DNA from: Nemertoderma westbladi
Lineage: Eukaryota > Animalia > Xenacoelomorpha
NCBI GenBank assembly: GCA_032718475.1
Contig: JAUCBJ010006994.1
Location: forward strand, 1-53,529
DNA: 53,529 nt
Direction of reading: 5' to 3'
Shown here piece by piece: positions 23,449 to 35,376 of the stretch (positions are counted from its first letter, which is position 1; every line of letters begins with the position of its first letter). The notes beneath the pieces are model-generated. The model did not search any database and had not been told where the DNA came from. It worked only from the letters and a program-made list of their open reading frames with translations. Position numbers and translations under genes: made by a program.

Positions 23449-23856
23449 TTAGCATTGGCAGCAAAAGGTTACAAGGGTTTCTTTCGAAATAATAACTATA
23501 AACAAAGCCATAATTTCATACGGATTTTTACGATCTAATTTGATCCCAAACTTTTCACATTTATTGCTTTCTATATTCCCGCTATATTGACTAATAACAA
23601 TAAAGTTATCTGACATTGATAAAATTGTGAATTTATCTAAATCATCTTCTTCTTTGTAATCTAAAAGGTAATTAGTAGAATCTACCTCACCGAAAATATC
23701 AATAGAATGTAGTTCTTTTCTTGCTTGTTCAGAAATATCTATTTTAAAATTAGGTTGTGAAGGACAATAAATAGCGTTACCAATAACAATACAAGTAAGA
23801 TTATCAACAGTATTAAATGTATGTCTTATTACAGGAGCAGGTGTATCAGAAGACAT
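23449..23856 (-). CDS. Intronless orphan ORF (about 135 aa), unknown function
   Basis: Open AT-rich frame from aataATG; upstream TATA-like and CACGTG elements; no recognised motif. Confidence 0.35.
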   Translation of the reverse strand: MSSDTPAPVIRHTFNTVDNLTCIVIGNAIYCPSQPNFKIDISEQARKELHSIDIFGEVDSTNYLLDYKEEDDLDKFTILSMSDNFIVISQYSGNIESNKCEKFGIKLDRKNPYEIMALFIVIISKETLVTFCCQC

Positions 23857-24750
23857 TATTATTATTATTATTTTATGTAAAAACAATTAAATAACAGCGA
23901 CAAGGCAGATAAATAAATATTTATAATATTTTTTCTATTCTATTCATATATTTATATAGATCATTTTATATATATACAACCAATCAACTAAGAGCACGTG
24001 TCACGTGTAACCAATAGAAAGTGAATGATAAGGCCAGGCTACGGTATAACACGGATATTTGTCGCCTTTTTCTCTCGAGGTTGAATGGAAGAGTGAGCAG
24101 TGAATTGTTGCGAATCATGATGGTCCCATGTTCGATCCCGGTTGAATATTTTGTTATCTGAAAAATTGCGAAATGAAAATTTACTTACTGGTGAAAAATT
24201 ACGGGTAGAAAGACACCTGAAATAAAAGATATGAAAATACTGGTTGCTGAAAAATAGCGATTTGAAAAATTGTAGAAGTTACCTGTAGACACCCCGAGCA
24301 CCTGTAAAATAAAGGATGGTGAATATGAAAATACTGGTTGTGAAAAATAGCAATTTGAAAAATAGTAGAAGTTACCTGACGCTAAGAGTAGACACCCTAG
24401 CACGTGTAAAATAAAGGCTCGCAATTGGAGGAAGGAGTAGAAAGGAAGTTAATTGGGTGAATAATAACGCTTCTAGCGGAATAAGCGGGAACTTGAGAAG
24501 TTACCATGGTTACAGTTGAAATGCTGGCATTGAAAAAATAACGACCACTGCTAACGGTTGAAATGGTGGCTTCTGATTGGAGGAAGGAGTAGAAATGGAT
24601 AGTAATGCTGGACTATGGGTAACTCTGATGCGAGGGACTATCTTCTTATACAACTACCATTCCAAGGTTTAGACTGTCGTTATTGCCGTTAGTTTAAAGT
24701 TTGAAAGGGTCAAAAATGACCCAGTCAGTGTTCCATGGGTAATGGATTAA

Positions 24751-24965
24751 TTGGCCTACAACATTAGCCAGGAAAAGTACATACAGGATAAATTTGAAGC
24801 AATTACGATTGGTCACATACTACAACAATCAAGACTTATCTGGCAAACAGTAAATGATGTATCTGGTCGGAAAATTTATTCTAAGGGGTGCCTCAAAGCT
24901 GATAGTCCTGAAGAAGTGGTTGGAAATGGAAAGATCACTTCAGTAACTTGCTTGGGCGGCCACCA
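24751..24965 (+). pseudogene. Short LINE ORF2 fragment (EN-RT linker)
   Basis: SRLIWQTVNDVSGRK...LKADSPEE followed, in another frame, by WKDHFSNLLG. Confidence 0.55.
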
Positions 24966-25680
24966 AACATACATCGAATGGCGTAGGATTAGGCCTACTC
25001 TTACTCTTAGCAATGGCAGTAATTGTAAATTGTTTGATAAAAATTTCCTAAGCTAAACCAGTCTATAAATCTCACAAAAAATGTTTCATAAACACATCCG
25101 CTAGGTAGTGTTTCTATTATTGACTCTATGACAATTTTCGTGTTATGGGGGTATTTTTCGAAATAAAACAAAAGATTAATGTAATCTGTTAAACAATCAT
25201 AGTTCTAATTGATGTTTCCCTAGAAATAATATGGGGGCATATTCTAGAATTATTGTTATTCTAGTAAGCTTATTTTGATTTAAATGCTTCTGCTCTGTAG
25301 TAAGTTGTACATTACAGCAGCTATAGGCTCATTCCATGAAAAGGTCATCCTCCCCACTAATTTCTAAAAATGAGATGTAGCTTTGAATTTATACTTATTT
25401 TAGGTCAAAATTTATCGTACTTCATGAATTCTGTGCTAATAATTGTATCAACACAGGTGGTTTATCAAAAATAGTCGAATTACAAATTATGCACCTGCTC
25501 TGCACAATATGTGAATAAAAGTGTGCAAAAGTTTCGTTTCCTGTAGGCACTTCCTATGACCAATAAATTAACATTTCTGAGCATGTACCAAATCAAAAAC
25601 AAACCCATTTTCGAATTTTTTTGGTTTTATTTAATTTCACCAGTGTTTCGTTCCTCTGTAATGAAATCGATAAAGTTAAT

Positions 25681-26402
25681 CATGTGATGTCCCATACTTT
25701 ACCTAAAATAGTGAAATTTTTAGTTTATTCACAGAGATGTAACGCAGCCAAATCACCCAGTGGAATGCAAAGCACGTTTGTGTTGCGTCATCGTATAACA
25801 CAATTAGATTCATCTTCACTCCCTCAGAAATATCTTGGTGGCCAATTGAAAATTGTCCCATACTTTACCATCAAAATGGCGATTATATTAGTGCACTGTA
25901 TTAATGTAATATGTGAAGCCATGAGTGTTATAATACTCTAAGGTCATATTCGGTCGTAAGAATATGAGTCTATATTTGAACTGAGAATCATTCCTCAGTC
26001 AAGAAATCCTTGGGTTTATGCATGTAAAGTCCCATACTTTACCAAAAAATAGTGAAATTTTTAATTTATACACAGAGAAGTAGTCTAACTAAGCCCAATC
26101 ACCAGGTGGAATGCAGAGCACGTTTGTGTTGCGTCATCTTAAGAAACAATTACCTGTAGTTTCATAATCTACTCCCTCAGAAACATCATAACGGCCAATT
26201 GAAAATTGTCCCATACTTTACCATTATAATGGCGATTACATTAGTGCACTGTATTAATGTAATATATGAAACCTGGAGGGCAGGAGTGTTATAATGCTTT
26301 ACGGTGATAGTAGGGGGAAGCATAGAAGTATGTATTTGAACTAAGAATCATTCCTCAATTAACTAATCTTAGAGTTTATGCATGTAAAGTCCCGTACTTT
26401 AC
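25681..26402. repeat. Tandem repeat, unit of about 340-360 bp, two copies plus the start of a third
   Basis: CATGT..GTCCC(A/G)TACTTTAC at 25681, 26021 and 26381. Confidence 0.85.
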
Positions 26403-26439
26403 AACAAATTTCAAAAAATTTAGTTTTTTTTCAGTTTTT

Positions 26440-27111
26440 TGTTCCCGTTTATTGCCGCGGTCCGCTGCTTAGCCTGCCATCTGTCCCTCAGTTGGGTTCA
26501 CCGTGGTGAAACATGTTAAAAGGCAGATGTAACAAATAATTCTAACTTTATTACAATTATGTGTAAAGTGATAACTAATAAGGCACAATTCACATAGAAA
26601 TAATGTACAAAACTATAATGTAAGGTATAACAAGTAAGCTAAGGTAAGTGATAACTAATGAACAAATCGCACCTTTTATAGCAAATTAGTGCTGCTAACA
26701 ATCGAGATAAATCTAGATTGTTCTATGAGTTCCATTACATTTTTAAAGATAACTATTGGTCCAGCAAACGCATAACTTGCACGACATTGGTTACTGTCAA
26801 ATAACTGCAATCACATTGGTTAATCTACCTTGAGCAGATACAATTAAATTGTAGCGGTCAATTCAAATGAGTTGAAATTTAGCACAAAAAATAATTCACA
26901 CCTGCTAGGATTTGAACTCGATACCTACCAAACGATTGTTTAACACATAACCGACTGAGCTACTGAACCACTTGAATAATGTTGTACAAATAGCTATAGT
27001 AAATCCAAAATAAATGAGGACTTAATGTAATCTTTATAATAATAATGCGAGTTAATTCCAACAAAATAAAAATTTTGAAATTCACGGCTTTTGTGAGGAT
27101 ATAATTCTATA
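26440..27111 (-). repeat. Putative 3' LTR of element C
   Basis: Minus strand: GGAGCGG tract (same as the element B PPT), then TATAG (TG likely mutated), TATAAAAG box at about 26675, AATAAA at about 26547, end ...AATAAACGGGAACA; no partner LTR in the window. Confidence 0.6.
26899..26969 (-). other. tRNA-derived sequence with Pol III A and B boxes inside the putative LTR
   Basis: TAGCTCAGTCGG ... GAGTTCAAATCC; acceptor stem does not pair, so not a functional tRNA. Confidence 0.55.
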
Positions 27112-27329
27112 CCGCTCCATGAAAACAGGATATTATCGGGCTTAAAATATACAGTTTTCACCAATAACAAATCAAATTATGAAATACTTGGGGCGTACCT
27201 ACATATTTACAATTAAATTTCAAACAATAATACTTCCTTTCCACGTAATAATTTGGTACAAAATAATTACAAATTCAAACTTTACATATTTAAGGCTTTA
27301 TCAAGTAGGTACAATATAAATCTAAATTA

Positions 27330-27860
27330 AATTCACCAAATATAAATCTATTGCCTCTCAAATATTGCATAAATTCAAATAATTACAAATACAAATCCTG
27401 CAAATACTGCATATTTTATACAAATAAAATATAAATTGCATAATATTCGAAGTAACTGTAAATACAAATACTGCTTTATATATAACATACAAATTGCATA
27501 ATATTCGAAGTAACTGTAAATACAAATACTGCTTTATATATAAAATATAAATTGCATAAATTCAAATAATTACAAATACAAATAAATGAAATCTTAAGAA
27601 AGGCTCACGAGTCTTCCGTCTACCCTTGCCTCTCAAATATTGCATAAATTTAAATAATTACAAATACAAATACTTTCATACCTAAATATAAATTGCATAA
27701 GTTTGGAATAATTACAAAATATAAATCCTTCTAAATATAAATCTTTCAAATATAAAATATTTCTAATATAATTCTTTCTAAATATAAATCTTTCTCTTTC
27801 GTATAAAATATCAAATGAAATCATAAGAAAGGCTCACGAGTCTTCCGTCCACCCTTTGCC
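27330..27860. repeat. AT-rich degenerate tandem repeats in the element C 3' UTR
   Basis: Repeated AAATTGCATAA..TTCGAAGTAACTGTAAATACAAATACT units. Confidence 0.75.
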
Positions 27861-27867
27861 TTCCATT

Positions 27868-30800
27868 TTATCGCTTTTCGGACCAGGCCCTGCCGCATCC
27901 TTGAAAACTGCGTATAGGCGATTTGGCTCGTAATACGGGACTTATGGGGCGAGTCACTAGTTTACCTTGGACGTTGGGAGATGGTGCGACCATTTCCTCA
28001 CAAGCTCGTCTCTTCGTAAACCCAAATCCTCGTCCGACTCCTCGTGACTGATCGGTTGGTTCTACCGTAGGTAAAACGCCTGGGAACGCGCTGGAAGCGG
28101 ACGGTACAGACCCAAGAGAGACTTGCGCCCCCTTTTGATCGGCTGGTATGTGTCCCAATCCTCCTCGCGATTCTCTGGGAAGCGACACCGTATCTCGAGT
28201 AACTCAAATAGTCGGCTCAAATCCCTTTCACTCTTCAATATTGATAATTTTCTTTAGTTGTTGGCTCACTTTCTGAAACCTTATGATCCTGTTCTGTCCG
28301 TCCTCTCGAGGGTGACGTGCAGACGGCGCAACCGGAGCGGCTGGTAGGTTGGTCGCCTGTAGGATCTCCTCTTCCTCAAATACGCTCGATCGTATGCGTT
28401 TGTGGTAGAAGGCGGCTCGGTACGCCCATGCTACGGTTAACCAAGCTCCCTTGTTTCGCTTTTCTGTTCGGAAATGATCAAATTCACCATACGTAATACG
28501 ATTAACTACTTTCTGGAAGTTCCATGTATTCTTATTATCATGATGAATCTGCAACAAATATTCGCGCACAACCCTAAATCCACTATCGTGAGGCAAAATT
28601 TCAACTACCTCGATTAGTTTGTCATATTGTGGCATAGCGGAGATATATACTTCTGACATCATGGTTTGAGGATTTACCGCCCAAAATCCAAGATGTGCTC
28701 TCATCGGGAATCGTCTTCTTTGTGCCGATACATGTTTGTCAGCTAAATCTTCCCAATTATCAAATAGTTTTCTCACGAGTTTTACAGATTCTTGTTCATA
28801 TGGTATGTCTCGTAATTGACATTCAGATGCTCGATGTCCCTTTATATTGCAGTATGAGCATTGAGCCATAAATCTCCAGCAAGTATAAAATGTATGGGAC
28901 CCCTGATCTCCATACCATCCACAAATCAATTGAGTCGTAGTAATATGTTTTCCGCTACATTTCGTTGAGTGATGTCCAGCGACGCCACATTTGCCACACA
29001 TCGTATTGGCAGAGTACCACACTCGCTCAAATATAAGGTCTCCAATTGGTCCAGCGCTTCCTCCCACACTATAGTCATAATCGTCTGGATCTACAGGTTG
29101 GTATGTTTCAGAAGGTTGTATGCAAACTACAGCATCTGTAGCTTCAAGTTGTCGAATCTCCATCTGAGATTTCTTCGGAAGGTTTCTTTCAATCTCAAGG
29201 AGTTCCTCCAGAGGATCACCAATGATCGTTGTTGCATCGGAATCATCACCTAAGTGACCGATAGGCGTGCGCGTCTGCCGTGATTCGTCTGTAACTTCTA
29301 CGATACGTTCTCCTTCATAAGGTAACATTGTAAACATAGATGGTCTTTCGATAAGAGATCCCGCACAGCGAAGATACACATCTCGAAATATACTAAATCC
29401 TGCTTGAGTAAAGGCATTGCACTGAGCGTCTGAATTGTAGAAGGGTTCGAGAAATCATCTAAACACGTCGGTATGAATTCTCCCTTCCTCGTAGAACGTA
29501 TGTTCTTCTCCGAGACAAAGTGGATGTCGTTTAAGAGTCCAAGACACAATGTCGGCGATCAAGCAAACATTCACTGATGACTCTATCGCTAAATAATATT
29601 GTAGTACTGCTCTTGGAGGTGACGTAATAGCCCAATACACGCATCCTCTCCATTTTAGCTGTGATTCGAACTCGTTTATATCTGGAGTATCACCTTCTCC
29701 ATACGTTTCGATATACTTTGTCTCTTACTTTCCTTGTAATCCCAATTAAACATCAGGTAGGAAATGTATCCAGTTCCAGTCTTTTGAGTATCATACTCCC
29801 GGAAAAATCCTTGTTCTATAGACCACAGTATAAGAGGTCGAGTGTCGACGTAAGGTGTCAGTAATCGGTTGTCACTGTCCGACATGCCGTCAAAGTCGCT
29901 AATTAAGTCCTCTTGCACTCCTGATCCAATCTTTACAACAGTTTTATCTAGAATAATGTTTCTTACCATCTTCGGTAACATTCTAGCATTGATGTTGCAG
30001 GCCTGGCAGATCTTCTTTACTATGTTAGTAATGAGATGATGCCGCTTAGTAGTTCCTTGAGGTATCAGCATTCGTTTGTTGCTTCTTTGTCTACTGAAAA
30101 CGTGCAAGACTCCGTCTGCCGCTCTAATTTGTATAGTATTGGAAGTCAGACTTTGTTGATGGCTGCCGCCCTCGTTATCATAAAACATGTAACCATTTTC
30201 TTGAAATGATCTAAACGTCTTGTTCCATTCGTCCATTAATTCTTCAGAAGGTTGCCAAATCTTCTCTATGTCCTTCTCGTCCTCGAAACGAATAACTTTA
30301 CCTTGCCAATTTGTGGCGATGTCTGTATCCGACTCAAAAGTTCCTGTTCCAATCCACAAGCGAATTGTTCTGGTCAGATATCCTTTCAAGTTACTCGAGG
30401 CTATATTGGCGCCAGCTCTATCCAGTTCCCTAAAGTCTTGAATATGTGGCGGAACGTTATGCACAACCTTTTGCGTAATATGTCTACGTAAATCATATAT
30501 TTAAACCATATCGCTTAGAACAACTGCAGGAAGAAACTCTAAGTTTGAAATGATTTCCGGATGATCCACAATAGGTATTTCGTATGTCGTATCTTCTCGG
30601 ACTGGTATACTAATAGGGAAATTGAGTGTCTTACTCAATGGTTTCGTAGTCGGAGTACTATACAATTGCGTTTCTCTTGTCCTTTCCGGTGATGCAATTT
30701 GTAGTCTCTGAATAACATTTTGAGCAAAGTTTATGCTTTTGAAAATTTCCGGTGTCATCTCCTTAGCTGAAGTTTGATCATGTGACGTCCAATGGTAAGG

Positions 30801-31589
30801 TAGGCTCGCAAGTCTTCCGCCCCATTCTTCCATCTCACCTTCCTCGAAAGCCTTATAGGATCTGTATAGGCTAAGAGCTTCTTTCTTTTCGCGAGTTGAC
30901 TGAGTCACCTCTTCCTGCGTAAGTTCATATGCATCGGGTTCAACAATCTTAGGTGGGCAAACGACAATTTCTCCCGCCTTTGGTCCACAGATAGCAAATG
31001 AATGATACGGATTCGATAAAGGATACCCTCCTTCCTGGTAACATAGTTGTTGATGGTTTGAACACCTCGCTAATATCGGTTCGGGATTTTCCTTATTCAA
31101 ACGCATTGGGATCGCCTTTTGTTGTTCGCGCATACAAGCACCACATTGATAATAAAGTTTATAAACTGAAAAGGCTTCCTTTGTTTCTCTATCGTCTCCT
31201 CGAGTTCGTCTGTAAAGATGCATTCCATCGAATTCATCGCGTACCGCAGGCATAGGTTCATGTGCCTTCAGGTATTGCATGGTATGATACAAGCGACTTA
31301 TTTCTGTATCGGGGTCTTCACTGATATCTTCCGTATCGCATAAAGCATCGTACGGATAAAGTTTGTTGAAGGTTTTACACAAACTTTCGATTCTTTCGTT
31401 TAGAGCGTTCTGCCTTCTCTTTAATACCGTCGAGTCATATTTAGTTTTAGCGAGTTTTGCTGTACTTTCTGATAAATCCTTTTTACCAAATATAGTGTAG
31501 TCTTTTGCTCCAAATCGTTCGAATGGAGCTGCCGCTTCCTCTTGGATATCATATTCCCATCTCGGCTCTCCAGATATCCCCTTTGCCAT
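27868..31589 (-). pseudogene. Accessory gene of element C: N-terminal unknown domain, DEDDy 3'-5' exonuclease-like domain, 3 CCHC zinc knuckles, R/G-rich tail
   Basis: ORF pieces 30501-31589, 29676-30464, 29455-29640, 28228-29379 and 27868-28188 join through in-frame stops and one frameshift; motifs YDNEG, VKIGSGVQED, YVDT, W..P..LQYYLAIE; CGKCGVAGHHSTKC, CSYCNIKGHRASEC. Confidence 0.75.
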
Positions 31590-32242
31590 TATTGGAAGTA
31601 TTGTTACATAATCATTACAACTAGAGGGAATACAACAGTGTTTATGTTAGTTGTGAGGAGCTTTGAGAGTTTTTTGTCTGCCCTTTTGGTTCGACAACGC
31701 TCTAACCTCCTACCCATAGCCTAAGATCTAGGGTTTCTATAATGACACACTGTTTCTTATTTAAAAATTTGCCGAAATAAAAAAGATTTGGGCTAAACTG
31801 GCTGTGAGTCTAAAATACTCACTTTTTGATCCCAAACTATTATCAGAAAAATAAGCAATCAAGAATTAGTAATATAGGGAAGTCTATTGGTTGACGTAAC
31901 TTATTGAAACAAGACCGTGTAAAATTTAATTTTAAAGAAAGGCTCGCGAGTTTTCCGTTCTCTTGTTTCTCTAATTTTAAGTCCCACCCGACTGTACCCT
32001 GAAATCCATTCACTGGAGAAAATTTTAAAAATTTTTCAAATCCAAATGGATTGTCTAAAATTTCGAAAATGTCTCATATTGTGAGTTCCAAGTAGAATTC
32101 CATTTCTTATACCTACAAATCCCGCTCCTATGTGACACATAAGGGTACCACCCTCAATGTTCACATATAAAGACAATGGAATTCTGCCGCTGTCTTTACT
32201 ACAGTGTACAGGTACGTGGAAATCTATTTGGTAAATACCTCA

Positions 32243-33760
32243 CTATTTACTAAGATTAGTTGGAGATTTATAATCTCCAGACTCGTTGCGAGTCTTTTCA
32301 AGAAGTACGAGACGTTGAGTCGGTCTGTCTACTGTACGACCGTCAATTGTCCGTACCGTCACAGTCCTTATCACTCCATCCATAGATGGGTGTGTGTCTA
32401 AAATAACACCTGTTATCCAGAAGCGTCTTTTTAAATTCACTTCTGCCAACAGCACGTGATCTCCCGGCTTTAAAGCGCGGGTGTTGTTGTACTAAGTAGT
32501 TCTGGCGGAAATAGAGGGCAAATAATGGTTTTGCCATATTTCCCAGAATTTGTTAGCCAGTAGTTGCATGATTTTCCACGCTTTTCTACCATAGCTATCA
32601 CCTTCTATTGGAATAGAAATAGGCATCAATGAAGTCGGTGCCTGCATTAGCAGGTGTGCCGGTGTTAAAGCAAACTGGGATTGTTTGTCATCGGGTACTA
32701 ATACTATTGGTTTAGTATTTAGTATTGCCTCGATTTCAACAAACAATGTGGTTAGTTGGTCGTCTGTCAAAATGTGGTGTACTGGAATGACCTTTGCCAT
32801 GGCTGTTTTAATAGATTGTATCAGTCTCTCCCAGACTCCGCCTCTCCATGGACTATCTGGAGGATTAAACTTCCAAACAATCTTGTAAGGACGTAGTTCG
32901 TTTGAGATTTGATCATCATCTAATTTCTTAAAGGCCCTTGCAATTTCATTTCAAGCACCAACAAAGTTTGTACCTTGGTCTGAGTATAAGCATTTTACTA
33001 ATCCGCATCTAGCGATAAATCGCCGTAATGCTAGTATGAAAGCGTTGGTGGAAAGATCCATCACACGTTCAATATGAACTGCCCTACTGGACATGCATGT
33101 AAAAAGCAGTCCCCAACGTTTTACTAGTATACGTCCACGTTTCGTATGTATCCGTATGGGACCAAAGCAGTCAATTCCAGTCTCTGTGAAAGGTGGTCTG
33201 AATTCTTCTAGTCGTGCTTGTGGAAGTTCACTCATTTCTTGGGTACTTATTCTAGAATGTACCTTTTTACAAATAATACACATACACGTCACTGAACTTA
33301 GCGCTTTACTGGGTCTAATTAATACAAATCTTTTACGTAAGTAGGAAAGACAGTGGTGTCTTCCAGCGTGTTTAAGATGTAAGTGTGCGTCCAGTATCAT
33401 TGCACGTTGTAATTCGTGATGTTGCGGTATTATTATTGGGTATCTAAAGTTAGTATAAAAGTATGACAAATTAAGCCATTATATATTATCAGACTCCAAC
33501 TCAATATTGGTAACGACTTGATTGGTTGACCTTGACTTATAGATGTGAATTCACGTGTAAAATATCGCAATTGGTAATGGCGAATTAATTTAATTTCACA
33601 TCTGTCAATCTCAGTCAATGTAAGTCGACGTGTAAAGTTGCGTTTGCCTTTTACGTATTGTACAAAACGTACAATCCACGCTAATTTTCGGCATGCATTT
33701 GTCCAAGAATCGGTCAGGTTTACAATACGGTCGACATAAGTATTTATGACGTCATCAGGC
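32243..33760 (-). pseudogene. pol: BEL/Pao integrase region
   Basis: HLHLKHAG..CIIC, TGIDCFGP, SRAVHIE, YSDQGTNFVGA, EIEAILN, LTPAHLL, DGVIRTV..RPTQRLVLL. Confidence 0.93.
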
Positions 33761-34199
33761 AAGTCAGTGGTAAATTTGGAAGATTTTGTTTTACTAGATG
33801 GGCCCACGGGTCTGCTGGTAGGTATTCCCTTGTTGACTGTTGATCCGTCTGGGTCTACGAGTAATTTGTCCTTCTTTACCTCCTTACTTTGATTGTCGGT
33901 ACTTTGTGAGTCGATCTTTAATGGTGGTTTAAATTCTATGGGATCGCTGGGTTTCGGTAAACTTATTTTTCTGCCGATATTAATACCAGGTCTCACCGTA
34001 GGTTGTAAGGTTGGTATGTCTCTTGAGTGCAAAGTAAGACCTGTATTTACATCTGTATAGGTACTACCCACATCTGTAATACATGAAGTTTCACTGTACT
34101 TATGCTGACTCAAGGGTGTCAAATTATGTACACTGTTACATAGTTTGTCAACAGAAGGCCGCTCCAATAGAGAAACTGCGGCTTTACTATGTGTCAATA

Positions 34200-34408
34200 C
34201 ATTACTAATGTCTGGTAGAACATATTGTGACATGTCTGGTAAAATGTTTCGCGGAACATCTGGCGAAACGTCTTGTGATATGTCTGGCAAAATGTCTGGT
34301 TGTTTGTCTAGTAACGTGTCTGGTTGACCGTCTAGTAACGTGTCTGGTTGACCGTCTAGTAACGTGTCTGGTTGACCGTCTAGTAACGTGTCTGGTTGAC
34401 CGTCTAGT
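34200..34408. repeat. 24-bp tandem repeat inside the pol linker
   Basis: (TGTCTGGTTGACCGTCTAGTAACG)n with degenerate copies. Confidence 0.85.
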
Positions 34409-34448
34409 GAAGAAAGGCTCGCAAGTTTTCCGTTTTTAACTTTATAAG

Positions 34449-34809
34449 TTATATTTTTCCTTTCACCTTCGGTTTTTTCTTAAGTTTTGCCGTTGTCTTT
34501 TTCTTTGCTTTCCCTTTTTTTGGTTTTTTAATTTCAGCGTCTTTAGGGATAGTGTTAGACTTATTATCGTATAGTGGCGGCCAATGTTGTGATGATCTTT
34601 GTAAGAATTGTGGTCCGTGTTGCCAAAATTTCTTGTTTTCCGGTTTACAGAACTCTTCAGGCATCATTCCTCGCGACGCAATATCAGCTGGATTTTGTGG
34701 TCCGTGACAATGTCGCCAATCTTCCTTTATTGAACGGTCTAGAATTTCCGCACGACGGTTAGCTACAAATGTCTTAAATTCAAGTGTGTTGTTGTTTATA
34801 TAAAACAAA
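34449..34809 (-). pseudogene. pol: BEL pol, C-terminal half of RNase H (continues from 41753 across the nested insertion)
   Basis: Removing the insert gives in-frame YWTDATLVLFYINNNTLEFKTFVANR..WRHCHGPQNPADIASRG. Confidence 0.92.
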
Positions 34810-35376
34810 TGTGACGGGATCCGAGAGGATCCCGGTTTATCCGGTATTGGTTAAGTACGCGTCCCCACCGTGTGGATGAAAAGAGTTGTTGTTCTGACGT
34901 TGTCGTTAAGGATATAATATTGAGATAACATATAGTGTATAGGTACAATAGCAGATAGCACTGAATACTGCTGCACTGGTACCGGTAATGTGATGACGGC
35001 GGTGACGGTCCTAACTGTCACCGTACTACCTGACTGTACTGACCGACTGAGATAACTGACTGAATAGGGGAGCACCAACAGGTAATATACTGCACGGTTG
35101 GCCACATTAGTGTACTTAGTCGATGCTGTCCCCCCATTGGCTAATATCCCACTTCTCGCCCCTTCACCTTCCCTGGTGTGTTTCCCGTTCGCCCCAGCTA
35201 TTCTCTCTCTTGTCAGGGGAGTAACCCCTGACCCTTATTGTGTGTGTCTCCTTTGGGGCCTATTGTCCCCGTTTACTGGGCTGACACGAGGTTGATTGGT
35301 AATCAACCTCGTGCTCCCAATATTGCTTTATGGCTCACTCTATGGGTTTGTGTTAGCGGAATTGGATAAGCTAACA
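34810..35376 (-). repeat. 3' LTR of element A
   Basis: TG..CA ends, adjacent PPT, near-identical to 41186-41752. Confidence 0.95.

Noticed and set aside
24075-24146. tRNA gene (GTTCGATCCC B-box-like)
   Set aside because: No cloverleaf or clear A box; at most a SINE-like relic
24708-24743. piggyBac-like end (GGGTCAAAAATGACCC palindrome)
   Set aside because: No TTAA and no matching opposite end identified
28228-31589. env gene, given its position after pol
   Set aside because: No signal peptide, furin site with fusion peptide, or TM anchor; nuclease and knuckle motifs instead
34851-35295. ORFs duplicated at 41227-41671
   Set aside because: Incidental frames in near-identical LTRs
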